DNA of 64,000 nt from Paraphysomonas bandaiensis (GCA_965644295.1 CBFFRP010000295.1:124001-188000), one strand, 5' to 3'. Shown: positions 14,001 through 25,880, counted from the first letter of the stretch. Made by a program: numbers and translations. Notes: generated from the letters alone by a model not told the origin.

Positions 14001-16040
14001 ATTCAATGGGAATCTAGTGCCGAATCCGGCACCACACGGTCAAGTGGATCGTGTGCACCAGCGTATGGCCAAACGCGGTAACAAGTCTGCTGATTCATCG
14101 GGAGATTGGGAAAATCAGGGTACACCTGAAGGGCCAAGTAAGGTCCGTGCTACAGCAAAACAACAATTTTTAGCTGGTAGAAAGAGTGTTCTCCGAAGCA
14201 GGAGAATGGCCAGGAAACGGGTAATCGTAAATATACATAAACTTGGTGATGGTGTATATACATGTGATGTAAATGCTAAACATGTAGTAAATCATATGAC
14301 ACATGACACACAATGTATATCAAAATTACATACAAACAATATTGATATTGTTATGCATGCTATCAGTAATTGCGATGACATTGACGAGCTAACTGATACA
14401 CCAAAGAGTGTTCAAGATGCTATTTCAGGTAAATATAAACAGCAGTGGATCGATGCTATCAACAGAGAAATATCCACTCTTCAGAGGAAAGGGTGCTGGA
14501 GATACACTGCGTTACCACCTGGAGCAAGAGCCATAAAGGGGAAACTCATATTCAAAATAAAAAGAAAACAGAATGATATCAAATTCAAGGCTCGACTAGT
14601 CGCACAGGGTTTTACTCAAATCCAAGGCATCGATTACAATGATACATACAGCCCCGTCGCAAAGGCTACATCACTACGTACAATTATTGCCCTTTCGACT
14701 ATTATGAAACTCAAACTGCACCAAATCGATTTCACAACTGCGTACATCAATGCTGACCTCGAAGAGAACATATACATGTATCCCCCTCCTGGCATGGACG
14801 TCCCTGACGGAAAAGTCCTCAAACTGATGAAAAGCATCTACGGTCTAAAGCAAGCAGGTCTGAACTGGTATAAGTGCTGTACAAATTTTATGCTAGATAT
14901 GGATTTCACCAGACTAATATCTGACCCGTGTATATTCAAAAAGCAGATTAATGGCAGGATTATGCTAATAGCCATGTATGTGGATGATATTATTATAGCA
15001 TCTACATCCGACACTGATATCCAACAATTCAAAGACCATTTATCCAAAAAGTTCGAAATTACGGATCTCGGACTCCTAGACTATTACTTGGGCATCTCCA
15101 TCAAGATTTTGACAAAAATATCACGACTCTCAGTCAGGAGCAGTACGTCAGAAAGTTACTGGACAAATTCAACATGTCTAACAGTAAACCCATGTCAACA
15201 CCTATGTTACTGTCTTTCAACTATGATTTACATGAATACAATCATCTTTCAGAGTCAAATCAAAGTTATGTTCAGAATTTCCCCTACAAGGAGCTCATAG
15301 GTTCCCTAATGTATCTAGCTGTATGCACTCGACCGGATATCGCCTATGCAGTCAATACTCTTGCCAGATTTTCTGATATGCCTAATCTAACTACCTGTAA
15401 TGCTGCGTTACATGTTCTTAGGTATCTCAAAGGCACTGCTAAGCAAGGATTGATATATTCTGGATCCCACATAACATTGTCAGGATACTGCGATAGCGAT
15501 TGGGCACGGTGTCACCTCACTCGACGGTCCACTACAGCCTTTACATTCTTCATAGGTAATTGTCTTATATCATGGCAATCTCGATTACAGACAACTGTGG
15601 CATTGTCATCTACTGAAGCTGAGTATATGGCTCTATCGTCAGCAGCTCAGGAAGCATTATGGCTACGCTCTTTATTATCAGAAATTGGTTTCAAACTTCC
15701 ATTCTCAACAACTATTTGGTGCGATAATAAAGGGGCAGTCCAATTATGTTACAATCCTACTCATCATCGTCGTACGAAACATATTGCGATACGGTATCAT
15801 TTCATTCGAGAAAATATTGCCGAAAACCAATTGACTGTTGACCATATTCCCACCACGTCAATGTTAGCCGATCTTCTCACGAAACCACTAGGAGCAACTA
15901 ATTTTCTTCAATTGCGAACTACATTGATGGGGGGAGCTGGGTTCGACATCCCATCCAGCAACAACAGGAAGCGATCAACAACCTCAGAGACACCTAAATC
16001 ACAATTAACAAGCCACAAGCGACCTAGGTGGCTAGTTTGA
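11025..16040 (+). pseudogene. Copia gag-pol polyprotein broken by two frameshifts (~12820-12845 and ~15100-15110)
   Basis: Zinc knuckle CFRCGGKGHIASEC; protease LDSGCT; HHCC (HKRLAH..CDGC); integrase ADFSGP..HADGG..PFQER; RT KARLVAQGF, SIYGLKQA and YVDD; RNase H YCDSDWA and ADLLTKPL. Confidence 0.92.
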
Positions 16041-16230
16041 GTTACACGGAGTTTTTACCATTTTTTTTTACTTTTATTCAATACATGATGCTGGACTAGA
16101 AGGATGGTCTCACAATATGGCATCTCTGCAGTTCGCTTGTTATTGGATAGTGACTGCTACTCTGGTTTTTACTCTCAGTGTGCATAAGTTCATATTCTCT
16201 CTATTATCTACGGTTCACTGATTATTTCAT

Positions 16231-16240
16231 TGAGGGGGCG
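16231..16240 (+). promoter_or_regulatory. Polypurine tract TGAGGGGGCG
   Basis: Abuts the 3' LTR. Confidence 0.85.
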
Positions 16241-16502
16241 TATTAGGATTCAGCTTAATACATGATTGTATCTGTGAGTTATAATGTTCAATGAAATATA
16301 CCATGAACTGAATTAGAGAGAGTATCTGTCGAAGATACGTGATCGTCATCATAACGTCGTCATTATCAGTTACACTTCTAACTATTCCGTTGTGCATGAT
16401 AGTACGTTCTATATTGTTATTCATAATTTTCACTCTATCGTGTTCATTACTTACACTCTAATAATCACAACATTGTTTTACTAATAAGCTTAAATCTTAT
16501 TT
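16241..16502 (+). repeat. Copia 3' LTR
   Basis: Identical to the 5' LTR. Confidence 0.95.
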
Positions 16503-16526
16503 TATATTATAATAATTTAAAATTAA

Positions 16527-16700
16527 TTAAAGCTTTTTCTTAATTCTTTTCTTTACAGATGTAGCCTTTTTGTTTATTTTCTTAGCTACTTCTTTACGCT
16601 TATTCTCTGCATGCTTTGTTACGTCCTGTTTAGCTTTGTTCACAGATGCACTTAAAGATTTGTTAATCATTTTGTTCACTTGAGCTTGGTTCTTCGGCAT
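16527..16700 (-). CDS. 57-aa lysine-rich basic protein inside the TIR element (not in the ORF track)
   Basis: MPKNQAQVNKMINKSLSASVNKAKQDVTKHAENKRKEVAKKINKKATSVKKRIKKKL; 19 of 57 residues are K/R; intronless; AT-rich leader TTATTATATATG. Confidence 0.55.
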   Translation of the reverse strand: MPKNQAQVNKMINKSLSASVNKAKQDVTKHAENKRKEVAKKINKKATSVKKRIKKKL

Positions 16701-16819
16701 ATATAATAAGTATATATATTTTTTTCAGGATAACAGGGTATATAGACATGCCGTGATTTTTCTCCCTGTTATCCTGAAAAAAATGTATATACTTATTATA
16801 TATGCCTAAAACCAAGCTC
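16682..16819. repeat. Long inverted repeat/hairpin (~57-bp arms, 25-nt spacer)
   Basis: GAGCTTGGTT..GGCATATATAATAAGTATAT..TTTTTTTCAGGATAACAGGG pairs with CCCTGTTATCCTGAAAAAAA..ATATACTTATTATATATGCC..AACCAAGCTC. Confidence 0.9.
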
Positions 16820-16825
16820 TATATA

Positions 16826-17162
16826 CATCTATGAACTAACAGAGGAGTGGCCCCTCGCGCTGATAGAACAATAATAGATGCCGAGCTGGAGAGTTACATG
16901 GGGTACGTACTGAAAAGACAGCATGCATATATCATTCATACATATAAATACCACGATGCACCCGCTCCGTAGGTATCTATATTCACTGATGCAGACAGCA
17001 AGTGAGCCCTTACTGCACTGCAACAAAGAAGTAGAACCGAGCTGGGTGTGCACCGTGTACCATGTACACCCGCTCAAGGCAAACATATCTATGAACTAAC
17101 AGTGGAGTGGCCCCTCACACTGATAGAACAAGGACAGATGCCGAGCTGGAGAGTTACATGGG
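16826..17162 (+). repeat. ~76-bp direct repeat pair, 260 bp apart
   Basis: ATCTATGAACTAACAG(A/T)GGAGTGGCCCCTC..TGATAGAACAA..AGATGCCGAGCTGGAGAGTTACATGGG at ~16827 and ~17087. Confidence 0.9.
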
Positions 17163-17789
17163 CATGTAGATAGTAAAGTGCGTATATGATAGTATGTCAA
17201 CACAAGTATTGATAATAAGTAATGTATAGTGCACCTATTCAGCAAGGAGCGTTACAAGGAACCCTCTTATCCAATACCTGCCACGATAAAATGAGTATAG
17301 GTGGTATGGTTCCGCATCAATCACACTCATACCACATGGAACAACGCTGACACCAACTCAACAACCAGCCAGCACAATACACGAGAGAAGCTGGTCAGAT
17401 GAATACTGCTCCCAGTTAACAAAATCGATATCAACCACAAGCACACATATGCCTTCAACGAGATAGTGATGTATGTGATGTGCAGACTATCGCTGCGTGA
17501 TATTCAAATGATGGTAATGTATGTGTTTCCCCGCATGTTGTCTGTAGGGGGGGTGAGGTGGGGGGATTTTTGAATTATGTGTATTTTGAATATACGTACA
17601 TACGTATGTATATACATATATGTAGGTACAGTGTACATATACATATAGCGGTATACGTATATATATTACTATTCGTATATTTTTGTTCAAATATGCCTCT
17701 AATATTGAGACAACAATTATGTGTATTCTAGCGATATTTATACTGCAGTTATATAGAATAGTTTTGCTTCATTTTATTCCCGAAAAATA

Positions 17790-18768
17790 AGATGCTGACT
17801 GCCGATACGAACAACATCAACATGAAAGTGTCCAAATCTGAATGTGATACACACACATGCGATATATATGCATATATATATACATACAAGCACTGATCAG
17901 AGCTTATTATGATCATGCGAGACGACTCCGTTTCCGAATTTTCCAGTGCATCAGAGTATATGAGGGAGATGACGCCACTTGTATTGAGTGCTGTGATTGC
18001 AAAGTCTCATTCTCCTCTGCGCAGAAAGGCGCCTCCGTGAGGATGAAGCTCTGTGAAGGCTGTATGATATGGCAACGGTGATGTCCCTCCCCACTGAAGA
18101 AACGCATAACACGTAGAGGGAACGAGGTGCCACGAATGGGAGTGTCAAGGGGAGAAACGGGGGAGTTAAGGGAATCAACACAGCAAAAGGAGCAGCTGCA
18201 AAGTCCAAGTACACAACGGTATGAATACGCTTGATGTAGCTTGCAGATACTAATCACTTTTGTCATATCAGAATCATGTCATTGACCTCACAGCCGATAA
18301 GGCAAGTTCTACGTTGCATCTTCAAAAGCAGGAGCAAAAACACAGAGAGGGGATGGTTGCCATGGAACAGTAGCTTGTTGTGGCCTGTGCCAGTCGTGAT
18401 GTTGCTGAAAAGGACGTTGTTGATAGCTAAATATCTACTGATATGCCTCATATATCACCTACACCTCACAAAGTTTCTACTATTATGTCCCATGTAGAAC
18501 CCACTATGCCTCCTAACATGCCTGCAATGTCTAATGCACCTCATATTGGCATGATGTCTGTATCTCACGGGACACCGTCGTCCTCTGAAAGCAATGCATA
18601 TACGTCGTCTGCTCTACTGCGTTACAGTTAAACAACAACATGCATGATGATAGCAGTTACAAGGAATATTTCCGTATGCAGGCAGCTCAAGACCAAGCGG
18701 CTCGACTTAAGCGTGCGCACCAAGATGCCATGAAACTGCAATTACTTCAAATCATGTTTATGAAGTAG
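17790..18768 (+). pseudogene. Decayed host-like gene fragment carried inside the TIR element
   Basis: Exon-like stretches separated by AT-rich intron-like segments, ending ..QAAQDQAARLKRAHQDAMKLQLLQIMFMK stop; internal stops and frameshifts. Confidence 0.35.
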
Positions 18769-19533
18769 CATTACACTATATGTAGTAAGGGTTAATAAGA
18801 TTTGTATCATGATCGTTGGTAATTATAATATTATAACAAGCATCAATAATTAATTGTGAACAACATGAGTATCAGTTAGTAGTACTCACGTAATGTTTGT
18901 TTTTCCTTTTTTACAACCTGTTACTAATAAGCAAAACTTATAAGTGGTTACTATAAGCATTTTAATTGATGTTCATTTTAATTGATGTTTATGCCTCCAG
19001 AAGAATTCTTTTGACATCTCTACTATACGCTAATTTCATATAGTATGAAAACCTGGTCAAATCCACTTCCCAGGTTTCATGCCCAGGTCGACTTATATAG
19101 GGTAGTCAGGTCTATTGTCCGTCTATCTGGTGTATGTTGTTCGGTGTTTAAGTTGGGGTCCGTCCGTTATTGTAATATGTGTAGTGTTGTATTATTGTAT
19201 CTATGTATCTATAGTGCTTTGTATATTTTAAGTGGACGTTTTTGTGGACATTTTTTTGTGTTTTTTTTATTTTCTTGAAAAATGTCCTTAAAAATGTCCT
19301 CAAAAGTGTCCATATATAATAGTATACAGTTACAATATTGTAATAATATATATTTTGTGCTATTGTAATATGTCCTTAAAATGTCCTTGAAAGTGTCCAT
19401 TATTATTGTACATCATACATACACAGTCACACCATCATAGGGGCAAAGTCAGTATAAATTAATAGTGTTTATGGTCACGGTTACAGGGTCGAAGACCCCC
19501 CCACATTCTCTCTCTGTGTGTGTTACAGTAGTA

Positions 19534-20730
19534 GTGAATGTCTGATTGTTAGCAATATAGGCGTGTAAGAGTAAGAACTAAATTAACTATAACATAACTA
19601 TATATATAACATAACTATATATATAGCATAACTATATATATAACTAACTAGTGCTTAACTCTGACATCATATTATTTAACGCTATGGAAGCTGCTTGTGC
19701 GTCATCGCAACCACCAATTTGTAACAATTTTGTCCTTAAGGTGAACTAGCCCGGATACTTGACTTCAGTAGGCAGCCCCTAAAACCCGGATCAGGGCTGC
19801 GTAACAATTAATTGAAAATTAATCACAAGTACAATTAAAAAATATAATTTCCAATTTTTGTCTAACTCAAGTAGCTACTCATTACAAGCACGAATAGCAT
19901 CTTTAACTGTACTTGTATTCTCCACAAAAGTCTATATATTATCTACATATCGGGGCTTCCAATCGATGAGGGTGCCATGGATTTGCGCAGATCACTCATG
20001 TTGATTTTTGCTCTACTGCAAAGCATTTCTACACAATTATTAGTGGAATAAATATGCTTGAAGCAGTGACACTTAGTTGGTGTCGTCCGTAATCGCTTTT
20101 GTTCTTGGCGCGCTGGGTGTCTTCTCATCAGATCAGTGAGTTGACACCATCATCTTCTTTTCCTCTTCTTCATCAGGAGGTTATTAATTCGTTGATCACT
20201 TAAACCTAGAAGGGTACTACACTATATGGATCGAACTGAACTTAGTATTGTATCTCAAGGTCAAGAGGAAAGAAACGCAATCGACCGTTCAAAGAAACAG
20301 TACCTTTTTAAAAAATGTAAAGATTTATAATATGAGAGGCCACAACCTACTTCCCACCATAATTATAATAGCCATTATAATAGTCATTAAAGGTGATGAC
20401 CATTACGGGTAATAAATGGCCATCGCCCTTATTTCCAAGTTCTAATTCTAATATTATGTTCACGATCACACCGACTTTAAATGGTAAATAATTACCAATT
20501 GATTGCAATTCAATTTCAACCTTCCAGCGAACTATTAAATTTCAATTATTACATAATATATTCCATCATCCAATTTAATTGCAATTAATTGTTACGCAGC
20601 TCTTCAGCAGAGGCAGCCCAATACCCCAGATTTTATTCGTCAAGGCCCAAAGACGTCTACTACACAAGCGACCCCCTTCTACCACACAAGCATTTGGCTA
20701 TGAGTGGGTAAAACAATATCTGCTACCTAT
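19534..20730 (+). repeat. Copy of interspersed repeat family R1, interrupted by a hAT-like element
   Basis: Shares TTAGCAATAGGCG, AAGCTGCTTGTGCGTC, CCGGATGCTTGACTTCAG and TTTATTCGTCAAGGCCCAAAGACGTC blocks with the copies at 21044, 34413-35535, 55644 and 63779. Confidence 0.8.
19792..20604. mobile_element. hAT-like non-autonomous element (MITE)
   Basis: TIR CAGGGCTGCGTAACAATTAATTG pairs with CAATTAATTGTTACGCAGCTCT; CCATTA-rich internal repeats; no clear TSD. Confidence 0.7.
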
Positions 20731-20732
20731 GA

Positions 20733-20980
20733 GTGATTATTAGAATAATACAAAGTGAATAATAATGCAGAACATAAATATCACACACAATGGAATAGTT
20801 AGAAGTATAACTGACAATGATGATCATTATGTTGACGATCAAGTATCTTCAACAGACACAATAATCACTAATTCAGTTCAATGATATATTTCATTGAATA
20901 TTATATTTCACGTGTACATAATATATATATATATATGTACATAATATACTATCTATCTTATGTTAAGATGAATTTTAATA
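20733..20980 (-). mobile_element. Diverged solo LTR related to the Copia LTR, in opposite orientation
   Basis: Matches the reverse complement of 10753-11014, for example GGAATAGTTAGAAGT, GACGATC..GTATCTTC, CTAATTCAGTTCA and TATATTTCATTGAA. Confidence 0.85.
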
Positions 20981-21043
20981 CTTGTAATCCACACCCTATA
21001 AATTGATAAACATTTTTCATCGTCACTGCTCTCAATATTACCA

Positions 21044-21527
21044 TATATTGAAAGTCTTATTATTAGCAATAGGCGTTAAACACCTGCACCGATTAAGTCG
21101 CTAGATGAATGGTAGTCAACCTAGTTAGACCTCTACCTGTAACTAATCAGTACAAACTCTATTATCCTACTATTTAACGCTACGTAAGCTGCTTTAACGC
21201 CAAGGTGCAACCACTTCCGTTCTGAGTCCTTAAGGTGAATATCCCGGATGCTTGACTTCAGCAGGCAGCCCAGTACCCCGGTTACCCTGCAGGTGGGCCC
21301 TGTCCCGGATGCCCTTGTGGTGGTCCATTTCCGATTTCCGGATGCCTGTTTATTCGTCAAGACTTATTGGTGTCCCTTGTACCACACAAGCATTTGGATA
21401 TGAGTGGGCAGAAGAAAAATATCTGCTGACTATGCTTGCGGCTCACGTTAGTTTCCCAGAGATAACCTCTCCGGTACTTATCCCCCAGAACACCACGAAA
21501 AGGTGCGAGTCCGACTTCGTTGAGGGC
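21044..21527 (+). repeat. Most complete copy of interspersed repeat family R1 (unclassified)
   Basis: Begins TATATTGAAAGTCTTATTATTAGC, ends GTTGAGGG, and is flanked by the direct repeat CAATATTACCA. Confidence 0.8.
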
Positions 21528-22038
21528 AATATTACCAATCCTTAATGCTCACGATCCTATACAGTCAATATATTTCAGCTTCACTAATATATTTCCTATT
21601 ATTTTACTAATCACATAATGCTGTATATATCAAGTAGCGGTCATAATTCAAGTACCATAAAATACAACCTATAGTAGCGTATCAATAAGCAAGATTCAAC
21701 AGTAGCTACATTACGATGAGCTCAACCCAGCACACTATGGAATGAAGAGCACAAACATAACTTTCATACCATTTAATGTACCTACCTATTCTCATTTAGT
21801 ATGGTGTTATCGAGGAAAACATGAATTATAACCAATATTGTACAAAAGTACGATATACGTGTACATACAAAGTCAGTCATGAGAAACTAACAAGTGGGAT
21901 TAGAATAACGCCTACCACACGCCCGTAACCAATGCAAACACACCTCAATCTACATCATATCTTAACGACTTCAAACGTGCAAAATAGATTACGCGCTCCA
22001 GTAATGCTGAGATAAGGTCACTGAGAAAGGTCCCACTG

Positions 22039-24641
22039 TTACCGTCTTGGAAGTTTTGGAAGTGAGGACTTCTTCGTACTGTACTTCTTTTTCTCTCTTC
22101 GTTCCGTGCAGCTCCTTCTGTCGTGCGTCTGTCGAATTACTCCAGGACGTTCTTTCTCAGGTAAAGATCGTTGACTCATGCGACCAGACACAATGTGACT
22201 TGTTAAGTTATTCTGACTGGCAGACTGCTGCTCAGATCGATAAAGAGCCCTATAATATTAAAAAAGTAACAATATATATGCATCATATTTAACATAGTCT
22301 GAGTACAGTGCACACATCAATACGCCGCTCTAATACCTCCACTCCAGTTCTCTGGCCATCGATGCCTTCAACTGCATACCAATATCTCTATTCTCCACAG
22401 TCAAGAGGTTGATCTATATAGACGCGGAGTTCACAACAAATTTAAAGCCACACATATATTCAAGACAACTTTGGCACGAGTACACTTTGCGCACTACATC
22501 TACATTTCCAATTGTATATGCAGCACGGTCACCACAAAATATGAATTCTACACTGTATACGGTACTGCACCATATAAATACTACACAGTAATACTTAACC
22601 TATACCACAGACATTACTAGCTATCGTCTAAAAATAGCACCACAATTATAAGATTCTTATACACTGGACTTGACCACATTCTACATAATGCTTTCATGTT
22701 TGTTCACGTAGCTACTTACCTTTTGCAGAAGCTTAGTTTCATTGTCCCTCAGCTCCTGTACCCCTTCTACCAGAGCTGTATACTGTTCCAGCTCTTCGGT
22801 TAACTTCTGAACAGATTTCTGAGCCTTTGCTTTGGCCTTGTTGGCCTTGACCGTACGTGACCGTTCTTCCTGTACACGAATATATGATATTGATAACATA
22901 AAACGCTACACTATCAATCTATTTTCATCGTATTTCAACATCACCCTCTAGTCCACAATATATGTACAGCTTGTATACTTCAACTTTGCGTTATATAAAC
23001 ACCATATATACGTAAAAAGAAATAAGCTTTTACCATTAAATCACTCTCCAAACTTTTTATCTGCTGCTGAAGCGCTATCATCTGCAGAATATATCAATAT
23101 CATACTGTCGATATCAATAGTTAATACATTTTCTTGCATCAACGCATTTCTTTCGTTGGCTCGATTTAACTCATCTGTTCGCTTTTTTAACTCTTTCTGC
23201 AATTTATGACACATCAGTGCACTTCCCATACGGAAATATGGTCCATACCTTGACGATTCCTAGTTTAGTGTCAATCGATGGACTACCTATATCGTGCCTA
23301 CTGGGGGACCTCGTGCTAATAATCTAATATTGAATTAGACTTGACATATTCACAGCGCAGAAGCAGTATACAATGATATAGCTCACGATGCACTTGTGAA
23401 TGTGGGTACATATTGGCGGTATGACGTAGTGAGTTGCATTTCAGAAACTCCACAGGTAGAGATAGTTTTGTAATGTACGTTTACTACGATCAGACTTACA
23501 TGAGTATGGTATGGACTGGACGCATCTCTCTGAATCGGGCTTGGTTTTGTAGGAGATTGCTTCGCCAAGCCAAGTATTTGTGTTTGCACATCGTTAACCT
23601 GTATTAATAATGTACCTTACTCAGCCACATGTGCATCACAGATGATCGGATTACCTTTGACAATATGTTTTCCAACGTCTGCTTCGCCTCTGTGAAAAAG
23701 ATTAACATATGCATATATAGCATTAAAGTCACCTGGAGAATCTTGTAGCAAATTTTGCACATTAGCTGCTCCAGATGGCGTTGGCCGGGGACTTATGTGT
23801 GAATCAACTTCTATTTCTAGCCTGAAAGGTGAGTCTGTGCCATTAATATGCCGCTGACCAGGTCCGGGCGAACAGCCATCCAACCCCTTCATCGAACACA
23901 AACGATTAACTGCCTTCAGTTGCAGTTGAACTTGCACACAGAATTACCAAGCAAGTATAATTTTACTAAGTAAACATTTCTACTCTACACGTATATACCA
24001 CACTTCACCTGAGGATCAACAGCTTCTGGAGACATATTTCCATCCACAGTTTCCCCATTGACGAGTTCATCATCGAAATCGCCCACTGGTTTCTTTTTCA
24101 TGAATTCAGCCATATATGACTCTAACGTCATTCCATCTAGATCTGTGTCCTCTTCACCTTTCTTTCCCTACAGAAACGTATTAGAGATATTCACATCCAT
24201 GGCAAATGACAAGAATCATAGCGTACTAAAATACAAATTTGTGACAAAAATAACTACTATAAAGCATACATTTTCTTCTTCAATAGCATCGTCATCCTGC
24301 ATGGGTTTCACTATTGGACTTTGTCTAAGAGAGTTATTGAGGCTCGTAATACTAGCGGCTTTGTTTTCACTCGTTTTACTGTCCACTGAGCCTTCAAATT
24401 CTTCAAAATCATCCTCATTAAAGTAGTCATCTTCACTTCCTTCTGCAGTGGGGTCTAGAGTTATCTGAGGGGTGGGTTTATAGTATTTGGTATCTTCTGC
24501 AAGCAGTGCATCATCTAACTCATCACTCTCATCGATCGAGCAGTTCGCTGATACGGGTGCTGAACTGAAATTATTTCTTATTCTTGCTTCATTAGAAGCC
24601 ATTTTTTTGGGTGTATGTCCTGCTTCTGCACGATATGCCAT
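22039..24641 (-). CDS. Multi-exon coiled-coil protein of unknown function
   Basis: Acidic N-terminal exon; heptad-rich exons (KLQKELKKRTDELNRANER, QKSVQKLTEELEQY); last exon ends KSSLPKLPRR stop at 22039; GT-AG boundaries. Confidence 0.7.
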
Positions 24642-24917
24642 ACTGCCCTCCCTCTCTCTATCTCTATATATATGTATATATATATATGTGTGTGTGATAG
24701 TCCTGTACAGGCTCTCAATATAATATATATATTATAGATATGATACTATAGAGAGGAACAGGAAATAAAGTCAACACGGAGGTTGATACGATTGTACAAA
24801 TAGTTTAAAGGAGATGCGGAGAGTCTTTCTGTGGGAAGTTTTGCATGAGAGTGTTCGAACTGTGCTTGCTGTTACTCTGCCGTATTGGACATATACGCAC
24901 CTCCACCCTACACCAGA

Positions 24918-25880
24918 GTACGTACGTATATACGTATATATGTACATGTATGTATGTATGTATGTATGTATGTATGTATGTATGTATGTATGTATGTATG
25001 TATGTATGTATGTATGTATGTATGTATGTATGTATGTATGTATGTATGTATGTATGTATGTATGTATGTATGTATGTATGTATGTATGTTTGTATGTATG
25101 TATGTATGTATGTATGTATGTATGTATGTATGTATGTATGTATGTATGTATGTATGTATGTATGTATGTATGTACGTACGTATATACGTATATATGTACA
25201 TGTATGTATGTATGTATGTATGTATGTATGTATGTATGTATGTATGTATGTATGTATGTATGTATGTATGTATGTATGTATGTATGTATGTATGTATGTA
25301 TGTATGTATGTATGTATGTATGTATGTATGTATGTATGTATGTATGTATGTATGTATGTATGTATGTATGTATGTATGTATGTATGTATGTATGTATGTA
25401 TGTATGTATGTATGTATGTATGTATGTATGTATGTATGTATGTATGTATGTATGTATGTATGTATGTATGTATGTATGTATGTATGTATGTATGTATGTA
25501 TGTATGTATGTATGTATGTATGTATGTATGTATGTATGTATGTATGTATGTATGTATGTATGTATGTATGTATGTATGTATGTATGTATGTATGTATGTA
25601 TGTATGTATGTATGTATGTATGTATGTATGTATGTATGTATGTATGTATGTATGTATGTATGTATGTATGTATGTATGTATGTATGTATGTATGTATGTA
25701 TGTATGTATGTATGTATGTATGTATGTATGTATGTATGTATGTATGTATGTATGTGTATGTATGTATGTATGTATGTATGTATGTATGTATGTATGTATG
25801 TATGTATGTATGTATGTATGTATGTATGTATGTATGTATGTATGTATGTATGTATGTATGTATGTATGTATGTATATACG

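Larger units (their letters stand above)
10753..16502 (+). mobile_element. Ty1/Copia LTR retrotransposon, full length, with frameshifted pol
   Basis: Two 262-bp LTRs identical by eye; TSD TATAT (10748-10752 and 16503-16507); PBS and PPT present; domain order gag-PR-IN-RT-RH. Confidence 0.96.
10043..19523. mobile_element. TIR-bounded non-autonomous DNA element of unknown class (candidate Polinton/PLV-like derivative); about 3.7 kb without the nested Copia
   Basis: Near-identical inverted repeats at 10043-10156 and 19403-19523. Termini are ACACACAGAGAGAG and CTCTCTCTGTGTGTGT. TACAG direct repeat at 10038-10042 and 19524-19528. Confidence 0.85.

Noticed and set aside
16728-16740. GGATAACAGGGTA, matching the core of the I-SceI site / LSU rRNA motif
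   Set aside because: Only 13 bp, with no flanking rRNA similarity or homing endonuclease; probably chance.
10044-19522. Transib/RAG-like assignment from CAC...GTG ends
   Set aside because: With CAC/GTG boundaries the flanks do not match; the TSD appears only with AC...GT boundaries, and no transposase is present.
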